Shown here: in pieces, positions 54,090 to 64,000 of the stretch
Layout of the letters: each line of letters begins with the position of its first letter
Numbering within the stretch: the stretch's first letter is position 1
Source: Halocafeteria seosinensis
Lineage: Eukaryota
Direction of reading: 5' to 3'
Length of the DNA stretch: 64,000 nt
Assembly: GCA_001687465.1 (NCBI GenBank)
Contig: LVLI01000072.1
Location: 1-64,000, forward strand
Position numbers and translations under genes: made by a program
Notes under the pieces: model-generated
What the model was told of the DNA's origin: nothing
The model's input: only the letters and a program-made list of their open reading frames with translations
Database searches by the model: none

Positions 54090-55020
54090 GAGATGAGTTA
54101 TTGAGTACTTCGGGAGTGAGAGGCTCACTGAGAGCAAGGTCCGATAATCGGGCTTCCCGTCAGTGCTCCTTGGTGCTTCTGCCTGTAGATTCTCCGAAAG
54201 CAGGAGCCGCACACGGGCAACGCCCTTTCTCCCACACGCCTTTCAGAAACGGACTATACATCCACTGTCTCTGTGGGACTTCTACTACACTCCTGGTAAC
54301 ACTGGCATTGGGAGTATCAGGAGAATGAAAAAATACATCTATAGTGCTTGGGGGAGTCGAAGTGCGAGACGCAGTTCCAGAGCCCGTCATAGTGACCGTT
54401 GCTGTCGATATGTGTACCGGTAAAGGAGACGCGGAAGCCGTAACGCTCGGTGTTACACTTGTTGTTGGAGTTTTGCTAGGCGTGCTTGTTCCGATCTTTG
54501 TGGGACTCCTAATATCCCTGGGATTGGAAATATTTTCCCTACGGTTCTTGGTAACTTCGAACTGATGCTCTTCATGAAGAAACATCCAATTCTCTCCATC
54601 ATCACTCCCATACAGTCTCCAGGAAATGGGATCTCTTGCTGGTCTATCATTAGCAGTAAACCATTCGTAGCCGTCGAACTTGTATTCGTTGCCATCACCT
54701 GCATCTGAAATTATCGAGGATTCTCCCTCCGAATTAGATTGATCGTCTGCGAAATTAAGATCCAGCCATTTGGTGTTTACATCATCCCGCAACTCTGACG
54801 GAAGTTCTTTATCTCCAGCCGGATGTCTACCGCCTGGGTTCGTTATGTCGTTGCTCAGCAGCACCGCAATTCAATTTCTCATTAAATGGAATACCGACAC
54901 TTGAACACAAGATCTGCCATTGCATGTGTCACTCACACCAGGTCTTCTCTCATAAATAGTCCATTTGATGTACCGGAATTTCACATCAAAGCCGTAAGCC
55001 AATGGGGCCAAATGACAGAG
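54090..55020 (-). pseudogene. Degenerate tandem duplicate of the 51589-52839 gene
   Basis: Near-identical core, but signal-peptide start lost, in-frame TGA at 54873-54871 (LMRN*IAVL vs LMRNKIAVL), internal deletions and a shifted C-terminal frame. Confidence 0.75.
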
Positions 55021-55472
55021 GCCCCGGTAACATCATAACCCCAGCTCCAACGTTCAACGTGCGGGTTTGCTCCTCTCCTTTATGCGCAGCAGACTGTGGA
55101 AACGTTCATTAGAATGAAATTGACTTAGTGTTTAGGAAGTCAACTATTTCAACAAAACGGAACAAACAATCACTTCCAATCCTCCGATAATCGATCGGTG
55201 CGGAATAAAACCGCCACTGGAAGGACGCGGAGTTCGGAATTCAATTGGCGGATACCAAGCAAGAAGCCTACTGCAACACTTTGCTTACAGGAACTTGGTG
55301 AGTGGGACCTGCGATTTGGTTGAGGCAGTCATTTTCTTTGAGGAGACCTGTGTATTGTACAATTGTACCTATACAGTATACACTGTGCAGTGCAACAGTG
55401 CAATTTGGCAGTGTGCGAATCTACACGATCGAAGAAAAAGCAGAAATGCGTGCAGCGAAAGTATTAATCTTG

Positions 55473-57265
55473 CTAAATTGTTCGGGCAATAAGCTCCTTC
55501 ATTATCTCGTTACTCCCTCCGTAAATTGTCTGCACTCTGGCATCTTGATAGGCTCGGCACACAGGATGTTCAGCCATATATCCCATACCACCATGTAGTT
55601 GAACAGCATGCCCAGCTATCTGCAGAAAGCATACACGTAACACAAACTGGAAGCAAAATTCATATTCGATACTTCTTACCTCATTCTGGAGATCAGAGCA
55701 CCAGTATTTGGCCATGCTAGCCGACTGAGGATCTAGTTTTCCTTGTGAGTGCAGATCTATACAGGTGTCTACAAAACTTCTGGCAACAGCAATTTGGGTC
55801 TTCATCTCTGCCATCCTATGCCGAATAGCTTGTAGCTTATGAAGCGTTTTGCCGAAAGCATTTCTCTGCCTAACCCATTCACGTGTAGTTTCATAGAGTG
55901 CTTCGGCACTCGAAACAGCAATATCCTGTCAGGAAGAGGAAGCCAATCATTTGAGTGAAAACTACAGGAAGAAAAATGTGTAAACCATCATAGCTCAACT
56001 TACGGCGATCAAGAGTCTTTCTTGAGGCAATTCGTTCATGAGCATGTAAAATCCCTCGTCTTTGTTGCCCAACATATCTGCTTCCGATAATTCAACTGAA
56101 TCGAAAAAGAGCTCTGCTGTATCTTGTGCCTGCAAGCAGAGCTCCATGATTCACCCTTCGAGAACATAGAAATAGTGTCAGTCCTTACCTTCATGCCCAT
56201 TTTCTTCAGATTTTTGCCTTTATCAAATCCCTTCATACCATCCTCTACCAAAAATAAGCTGAATCCGTGAGCTCCTTTTTCAGGAGAGGTTTTGGCGACT
56301 ACAATAACGACGTCGGAATGGATCCCGTTCGATATATAAGTCTTGGAGCCGTTGAGAATAAATTCTGCGGTGGTTTTGTCACCCTGAAATCTACATCGCG
56401 CATTGTACAAGAGAATTCACGCAACATACTATCTCCATCTTGTTTGGCAGAGGTTTCTAGGTTCTGTAGGTCACTCCCAGCTCCGGGCTCAGTCATAGCA
56501 ATGGCGCCAATGAATTCACCGCTAATAAGCTTAGGCAGGTACTTTGCTTTCTGTTCCTGACTTCCATATTTCGCAATGTATGGGAGCACAATGTCACTGT
56601 AAATTTTCGATATTGCACCCATCTACTCATGCTCAGAAATTGTAGCACCAAGGTGGGAATCAGTACGACATACCTGTGGATCGTAAATCCTGGACCCGAG
56701 CAATAAGAATAGCTCTGCTCTTCCCACATGATGGCGGCGTATTTGACGTCGGCTTCCGCGCCTCCGTACTCTGCGTCGTTGCAATTGCTTTTAAAGGATA
56801 TTATAAGAATCTTCGTCCTCCCTTCCCCTATATAAAGGAGCTTACCTTCGGGCATCGTCAGTCCTAATAACTGATTGCTTCCCGCGTCCTCCCATACCGA
56901 GCGAGGTACCATTCCTTGCTCTTCCCAATCATCATGGTACGGCACCGCCTGCGTGCGCACATTGCTTCAATTAAATTCGAGAAGTTCCAGGGCATCCTCC
57001 ACAGGAAAAAGAGAGAGGCTCTCTTGGTGTGTGTATATAACGACGTCGCACAGGCACCACTTCCATTCCATACCTTATTCTGCCACCATTTTCGGACGGT
57101 ATCTCTGAACATATCATGCTCCTCGTTGAAAATACGGCGTGTCCCCGTATCCGTCAGCCGCTCTGCTTGCTGCACCTCGGGCCGGAAAGTGCTCATGGAC
57201 TTGACGGAAAGCTGTGAAAAGCCTCGGAACGCGCGAGGGAAGCGCACAGCATGTTGGGAGAGCAT
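55473..57265 (-). CDS. Mitochondrial acyl-CoA dehydrogenase (long-chain, ACADL-like)
   Basis: Presequence MLSQHAVRFPRAFRGF; IGAIAMTEPGAGSDLQ, ILNGSKTYISNG, VQLHGGMGYMAE, IYGGSNEIMKELIAR. Confidence 0.93.
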
Positions 57266-58312
57266 AGTTATTATATTTACTATGCACGCGCAGTTGAGAT
57301 ACGACACAACCAAATACAAGTGGCTTCGGGGCTGTAGTCTACAGCCTGTAGTGAGCCCGTTACTGTATGGATCATAGGAGGGCTTGTGAAGACCGGGGAG
57401 GGCACCAGCCGCGAGGAAGTGTTAAGTACAGCACAAGTTAAGCGTTCTTGCCAAACTACCGACGCCATGCCTCGAGCTTTCCTCATGGTTGCATACACCT
57501 CGGAAATACATTGTACGTCTTGATGTCCCGAGCACTGCCTGGCTTCCAGATGTCACATGTGTGTGTATCCTTTGGTGCTTGAAGAAGTGCCAAAACCGAC
57601 GCTGAAGGAGTAAATACCTGGTTTTGTCTGATCGTTGCACAGCTTTCTATCTCCTGAGCAGAAGCAGTCAAATTCTTAGTTCCCGAGGGTCGGACACAGA
57701 GGGAAGTCGCACCGTCCTTGTCTTTTATTGACACCCAGCGAATTTCAGGAAATGCCTCAAAGTTCTTTTGCCGCCGACACGGAGGTCTCACGGTGACGAT
57801 CGGTTTCCGCCACTACAAACTAGGAACGATACCTTACGGAGCAGGATTGTGAACGACTCACCGCCCATCCACAACTGCGTCATTAAGTAGCTATGAACAA
57901 ATTAAATATTGGGTCCATGAGCGTTCTCTTGGGGCCAGTACTGTCGACTGCAACGTACACGAAAAGTACTGAGTAGACGAGGAAGAAGAAAACGTCCTGT
58001 CTATGCTGACATTTCTGGGTACCTTTGGCAAGGTGAACTTCTGCGAGTTCGCAAGTGGCTAAGATCTGTTAACTTCCCTGTTTTCAAACCTAGGTAAATT
58101 TGCTGCAGCTGTAAAGCTAAACTGGTATGGTTGAGTCCATGATCTTGCACAGGGCGATAAGAAATCGAGTTTGCGCCCGCTCCTCTGTCGTATAGACCCC
58201 TCGAGATATCGCGGAACCCACCACGGAGAGCCGTTTCTGAGAAGGATGTGCCGGTGCGTAGAACTGATATGGAGAATAGAAGCTGGTATCAAATATCTGA
58301 ATGTTGCATTTC

Positions 58313-59513
58313 TCAGTCGGTGTGTCGGTGGTCGCTGTCAATTTTTCTCTTGGGTGCCGCGAAGGCGGAACGCGTCACATTCGGCGTTCCTGTCAGCAGC
58401 TGTTTAATTATTTGTAGCCATGTATCTTTGGTGTCAGCAGTATTAGCAAGTACCGGATCTGCAGTGGTATTAGGAAGTACCGGATCTGCGACCTCATTCT
58501 CCGGGGTTGCCCACGCCTGTCTCCGTGTGCGTCCATGGGCACGGACGTCCGTATAAACAGGTTTCCTTTCGCTGTCATGATTGGAGTTTGGCGGTCTTTC
58601 GCTTCCAAAGCCCTCTTCAACTTCCGCTAACTTTGAAACATGTCTTCGTATTTCCTGTAGCAAGACTTAAGTTGACGCAGTCATTGGCGGGGGCGGCCAC
58701 TTCTGAGATCAACTTACGCGATGATAGTCCCCTTTCCTGCTATTAAGGTACACTAAAGCAACGAATATAAGGATTTCGGTCACTGTCAAGCCCGTCGGCC
58801 ATAGGAGCGCCTGTCCAAACATGGGCATCATTACGGCAGCGAGTAGTCCCCCTTCAAGAAATAACAAGGCACCGGTGATCCACTCTGCACGGGAGAGCAT
58901 TGCGGTGAATATAGCCTGTTCGACCTCGTCAAGGATGAAACTGGTCATCTTTCTTCTCATATTTGTGTAGTGCGTCTTCGACTACACCCAAGCCTCGATG
59001 CATTACGACATCCATCCACGTCTGCAGATTGCCCCACATAAGAATTCACGTACAGTAGATGCCTCAGCCTCCAGAGGACCAAACATACCTCGATGAGCGT
59101 ACTGATCTTCTTCAGTGTGACGAGGGAAAAGATGATTGTCCCCAAAAAAATCGCGACGGAGCAGGCTATGTACCAGTCTCTGTATTCTTCGGGTGGCGGC
59201 CAATCCTGTATGGCATCGAAACCCAACAATAACGTTTCAGCTCCAAACGCTACTGCGAATAATAAAAACCAAATCGTTTGTCCATAGAGAAGCACTACAC
59301 ACTGTACGAAGCAGTGCAAGTTGTACACTGATGCGACGTACTGCGATGGAGCCATAGTGTTCGTTTCAAGGGGATAAAGAGTCCCGCCCAATCAGTCCGA
59401 TAACGCGGCGCTGGACGCGTGCGAGAGAAGGGCAGCATAGCAAATAATGATACGAGTGCAATTCTTAGTAGCAAGAGGGCAAGAGGGGGGGAGCAATGTC
59501 GGAGATGGTGCAA
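58313..59513 (-). CDS. Multi-pass membrane protein of unknown function (spliced; model uncertain)
   Basis: Successive hydrophobic ORFs (59295-59513, 58957-59391, 58709-58960) and a hydrophilic tail ORF 58313-58663 with plausible splice sites. Confidence 0.4.
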
Positions 59514-59755
59514 TAACTTGTTTGATGCCGGGGGTCACATGGTCGCAGGCGTGTCGCATCATGATTCATGACTCACATTGTCGCATGTGAGCTTATTTCT
59601 TTTTTTTTGCTAATAATATTGTATATTCATGAGGTTGAAGGGAATCAGAATACCTAAAATTACTCCCCCAGCGAGTCCGGACGCCCCACATGTGAGTTAT
59701 ATCCTATGGAATTCTACAGACCCCTCCTGACTGGTGGGGTCACATGGTCGCATGT

Positions 59756-59787
59756 TGGGCTATCTGTCACATTTGTGTGTGTGTGTG
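59756..59787 (+). mobile_element. Retroposon-like repeat, copy D (3' tip only)
   Basis: TGGGCTATCTGTCACATTT(GT)n identical to the 3' end of copies A-C. Confidence 0.6.
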
Positions 59788-60274
59788 GTACAACAGGAAA
59801 CCACCTCACCATGTCAGTTGAACAGGACAAAATCGCGGTGCGGAGGCCTGAGAGGGGGGTCAACCACACGGAAACTATTATCGTGACGGAGGCGAAGGGT
59901 GGTTTCGGGAAGATGTCACCAAGTTTCTGAAAAACGATTACCAGGAAAGCAACGGACTCTCGCTGGGGAACAGGGAGATGCGAAACTTTTGGAGCTGAGG
60001 ATAACCAAGCTGCCTATTACGTTAATGCGGTGAAGCTACACACAAATCCGAAGATGCTGGAGCGTGTTCGAATAGGGTTCACTCCTCACACGGCCTAGTG
60101 TAGCATGTAGACTAGGCTTCTTCTGCAGAAGCAATACCCACTGGACAATCTGGCTCTACCCATATCGGCCAGGGTCGTAATGTGCGTCACACTGAGATGG
60201 TCGGATACCCTGGAATCGAAAAAGTTCCGAAGTAAGAGGATGAGCTTCTCGCATAAGAAAGCATCACGAATCAT

Positions 60275-60453
60275 GGCTCCTCCCCCGATGCCTCCTGAGC
60301 TTAACCAGTGCTGTGTTCCCTCACGGCGCATGTCAGCAAGGCTGCAGGAACAGCGGGCCCGTCGCTGCTTAACACGGACGCATACCGCTCCTCGTTAAGA
60401 GGATGCGGTCAACTTCCCGGCCGGTGGGCTATCTGTCACATTTGTGTGTGTGT
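60275..60453 (+). mobile_element. Retroposon-like repeat, copy C (longest)
   Basis: Flanked by 8-bp direct repeat CGAATCAT (60267-60274 and 60454-60461); (TG)n tail. Confidence 0.8.
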
Positions 60454-61195
60454 CGAATCATACTGATCATAGAAACGTAATGAGAATCGTACGACACTTA
60501 GGCAGTGACTGAGACTAACAGTCACTAACTCCTTCACCAATTTGACCACAAATGGCAACCACCACGGTACAAGACGACACAAGACGAATCCACATGACCT
60601 GTATCGCATGCAAGGTACACAACACTTCTCCGGAGCAAGGAGCAACACAGCTAGCCCTTGATTATGAGTAAATGGTTCTGGTCTTAAGATTCTAAAGAAT
60701 GGGTTTGGCGGCTACAATCTCCCGAACAGAAACATTAACCAGCAGCCTTACAAAGGATGAAACGAGAGTGTCTCATATCACTAGGTATACTGTTTCACCT
60801 GGGTGGGAAGCCTCAGCGAGCGTTTGGAACCCGTGGAATGCGCATTGTGGAGATCCACCGGCTGCTACCTCAGTGCAGCGGCTCAAGTCCTGCTGCCGGA
60901 CTATTGCATTCATGGGTCAGAGTCAGAGAACATGCTGATGATGGAAAGAATCGGAGAGATAGTGAGAAGGCAAAAAAGAAAACGATTTTACGTTGACGAG
61001 CCAGATTGCAACTGCGGGCGAGCTTCACGACGAAGTTAACTTGACGTTGCAGCGGAAGTCGAAGTTCCGTTCGACTTTGAGCCAGTGACTGAACATTAGC
61101 CTGAGTTGAGCATACATATATACACCGCAACCTCTTGCTACAGAATATTACTTGCTCCACAATATTACTCTCCTCTGCAACACTGACGCATCATA

Positions 61196-62179
61196 ATGGG
61201 GGATGTCTTCAGCAGAGAATACACAGGGACTTTGGATGAAGTGATCCTGTCATTTATCTGCCGGGGTCATGATCAAGTCAGTCGGTGGGTAGGAAGCAAA
61301 GGACTGGAATGGTATGCTACTGTTGTACCAAATAACGAAACCTGGCAGGATACTCTACTGCGACTATATGACAAATATGGCCGCAAGCTAAATTCCGAAA
61401 ACAACGTGTTTGATGGTGTGAATATGTGCCATCCTCTGGCCTGTGCAGCCTATAATGGGAACGTCCCTGTTGTCCGCTTCCTGATCGAGAGGTGTCATGT
61501 AGATGTTAATGCTGACTCCCCTGTAAGTGCATGATGTCACACACAGTGCACTGGTACTTTACTCCGTTCTCCGTGTGTCTTGTCTTGATGAAACTCAGGG
61601 AAAAACGACCGCATTGTTTCGGGCCACAGTTCACTGGCATTTGGAAGTTATTAAGATCCTTGTCGAGGAGTATGGGGCTGACATGACGCTACGTTCAAAA
61701 CGATGGGTACGTTGCAAATTGCTACTCTCGGACCCCGAATAAAGTGGAGTTGCTGATGGTACATGTATCGTTTTCGTGTGTGTTCCGTGTGTGTTCAGGG
61801 AAAGTATGTCACTCCATTAGAGTATACTGAAAGTCAGAAACTTGAACACATCCGCTATGCGCGGCATGATAGTCGGGGATGGCGCATTCAACTTCGGACA
61901 CTTGAATCTGTTCATCTGCTTTTAAGCTCTCTACAAGCAACCCAAACTTCTTTAGGAGAAACGGAGGAGAACACCCCGGCTCCCAAGGAATCGATGCGGA
62001 ATGTGTCGAAACTAGAGCAATCCAGCGTCAAAAAATGGGGTCTCTGGAGACGCCGACGAAGTTGTGTGTGTTTAGAGGAAGAAGACTCAAGTAATACGGA
62101 AAGAGAACATCTTCTTTCTGCCTCCAACTCCGTTGCACCTGTCGAAGATCCACTCAGTCCATGCCTTCAGTTCCACTGA
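61196..62179 (+). CDS. Ankyrin-repeat protein
   Basis: HPLACAAYNGNVPVVRFLIERCHVDVN and TTALFRATVHWHLEVIKILVEEYGAD; two phase-0 introns. Confidence 0.8.
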
Positions 62180-62199
62180 AGTATACAGGACCGAATCGA

Positions 62200-62613
62200 A
62201 TTCCTGAAGAGGATCGTCATCGGGTTTTCGTTGGAGCACTAGGGGGGGACAAAGTTGTGGAAACTGATGGCCAAACTGTCTATAGCAGTGATGCGCCGTA
62301 TCGGGCGGACGCTGGGTCGGCGTGGGTGAAGCGTAAAATGTACACTTTTCCTTCCGGTGGGAGCAATGCTAATACATACGAGCAATCTGAGAAGTATTGT
62401 TAATGTATGCATACCAGTATGTACCACGTTTTCTGGTACACCGTACACCTGTACTTCGTCAGATACCACAGGTGTTCGGTGTCAGATACACTTGTACCTA
62501 TGAGAGAACAGTATCGCATTAAGTTTTCAACATCTATCCCCGATTGCAAATTGGATTGCGTGGCCAATGTTTCAGCAACGCACCGTGTACCAACGGTATC
62601 GTACGCCACATGA
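62200..62613 (+). pseudogene. Malectin-like domain remnant with in-frame stop
   Basis: ALGGDKVVETDGQTVYSSDAPY ... TYEQSEKY ... YTVHLYF follows malectin motif order; TAA at 62401-62403. Confidence 0.35.
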
Positions 62614-63071
62614 GGTGGCTTAGGGGTGGAGACACCGGTACAGTTTTACCCGCGGGTAAAATATAATTTGCCGATATGGGCGATTTGTCCTGTATAGCAC
62701 CTTCTACAGGAGACATAGACATCTCGCCGGGGAGCACTATGGCTCGTTTGCTCAAGGTGACTGTAGGGTTGTATGGTAGTAGCGTGTGCTTTTCGACTAT
62801 GGGGTGGACTCAAAGACGAAACCGTTATTGCTGAGCGCATAGCATCAAGTGATTTGCAGGCACATGTGACCAGTTGCAGCATGGCCAGCGCTGCTTTTGA
62901 GTGCAAAACTCACCTCCCCACAAACTTACGTTGTATACAGTATGTCTTGCGGTAAATGAACTGTAAACCATGTGTATGAAGCTGATATCCATAGATATCA
63001 ATCAATGATCGGTTTTAATTCAACCTGTCAGGGGGAGAAAACTCTATGAAACCAAGTTTTGTACAATCTTT

Positions 63072-64000
63072 TCAGTCTTGATCTTCGTCTACATCATCCA
63101 TTACGAACACAGATCTCACAGGTTTCGCAGTCTGAGGCGTTGTCAGCAACGATTTACCTCTGGAACGACTGCTTGTGGCACTAGTACTACTCTTTGTATG
63201 ATTCACCGGTGCCACACTAGACGATATTCGTTCGCGACTTCCAGTCGCTTCTTTGGTATGGGTCGTCGTCGGTACTGAACTCGACGACGCTGTGACCCGG
63301 TAAGTTTTCGAGGAAGAACCGTCTCCTGGCACACGACGCTTAGCAACTTGCGCTTTCACTCCTTCTTCCCCTAAGGAATCAACAGGCACATATGGCAACA
63401 TTGTTGCCCGGCTCGGTTTTGCTGGTCTTATCCTATGTTTATCTTCTTTCTTTGGGCTTGATGCTTTGGCTGGTTCTGTGCCACTATGGCTTTTTTCGCT
63501 CTTAGCTATTGTATCCTCATCGAGAAGCTCACCATCATCATCATATCCTGAAATCAAATCATGGCTAGTCGTACGGCTTCTGAGATTGTCGGTCGTTGGT
63601 TCAGATTGGTCGCTTGTCTGAGGTCTTGGACCGCTACTTGCGCACTGGATCTCTACTTGGGAATGGGTTGTGCCTTGTCGTCGTCCGTGGCTCGATCGTC
63701 GGAGCGACCTCGTTTTCTGAGAATCTGAAAGAGACCTCTGGTTCTTGCAAGAGTCATGCTTAGAGTCTGAGTCTTCCTTTCCTGTTATACCATATGCATT
63801 CTCAGTGTCGTGTGTCGTATGCTCGTAACTGCTATCATCCAAATTGGAATCCACGCTGTAGGTCGCCGAATCATCCATAGAATGAATTGACGAACGCTGC
63901 GTCCGCTCTTGTGGAGTCGATACGTCTCTTTCCATAGACTTGGTTAAGGACGAATTCGACGGAGAATTGGCAGTACCGGTGAACGAGCGTCTACATTGTG
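63072..64000 (-). CDS. 3' part of a Ser/Thr/Asp-rich low-complexity protein (5' end probably outside the window)
   Basis: 287-aa ORF of disordered composition; no domain recognised. Confidence 0.55.
   Translation of the reverse strand, partial: QCRRSFTGTANSPSNSSLTKSMERDVSTPQERTQRSSIHSMDDSATYSVDSNLDDSSYEHTTHDTENAYGITGKEDSDSKHDSCKNQRSLSDSQKTRSLRRSSHGRRQGTTHSQVEIQCASSGPRPQTSDQSEPTTDNLRSRTTSHDLISGYDDDGELLDEDTIAKSEKSHSGTEPAKASSPKKEDKHRIRPAKPSRATMLPYVPVDSLGEEGVKAQVAKRRVPGDGSSSKTYRVTASSSSVPTTTHTKEATGSRERISSSVAPVNHTKSSTSATSSRSRGKSLLTTPQTAKPVRSVFVMDDVDEDQD

Noticed and set aside
54060..54110. Minus-strand THLVRHSAGAGLLE resembling a tyrosine-recombinase HxxR box
   Set aside because: Too short, not conserved in the duplicate copy, and no other catalytic motifs found
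54871..54873. In-frame TGA as selenocysteine or recoding
   Set aside because: Aligned residue in the paralog is Lys, the copy has other lesions, and TGA ends UNG and BUD23 normally
57400..58300. Short minus-strand ORFs, and a frameshifted ORF fragment at 59850-60100
   Set aside because: Protein-like but unrecognisable; cannot support a call
60320..60400. Group II intron domain V or HDV/twister ribozyme in the repeat
   Set aside because: Only partial word matches (GAGCGGTATGCG, TCCTCGT, TTAACAC); the required pairings are absent

Overview
Gene-dense nuclear DNA from a compact, intron-containing eukaryotic genome (standard code, mostly 55-85 nt GT-AG introns). A bZIP-LOV aureochrome points to a stramenopile and IFT46 to a flagellated one; this is an inference and the species cannot be named from sequence alone. 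About 25 genes are visible. The housekeeping set is UNG, Tim44, an ApaG-domain protein, two SLC25 carriers, Mog1, F1-ATPase beta, a GT47 glycosyltransferase, an SLC35F-like transporter, BUD23, IFT46, RAD50 and an acyl-CoA dehydrogenase. Regulators are the aureochrome, a Zn2Cys6 factor and an ankyrin-TKL kinase. Surface or secreted proteins are a giant Gly/Glu/Ser tandem-repeat membrane protein, two Cys-rich mucin-stalk receptors and a duplicated F5/8-like mucin gene. Most notable are: (1) an F1 beta subunit with a ~120-aa helical insertion in the crown domain plus a C-terminal extension; (2) a family of 5'-truncated, (TG)n-tailed, structured retroposon-like elements with candidate target-site duplications; (3) a ~130-bp mucin-coding cassette shared at ~91% identity between non-homologous surface-protein genes; (4) one-exon-per-repeat ankyrin genes; (5) a WW-like domain inside Tim44, an RDM1-like RRM-Rad52 protein and a Zn2Cys6-PAS-like factor. 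Exon boundaries were inferred by eye and identities counted by hand.
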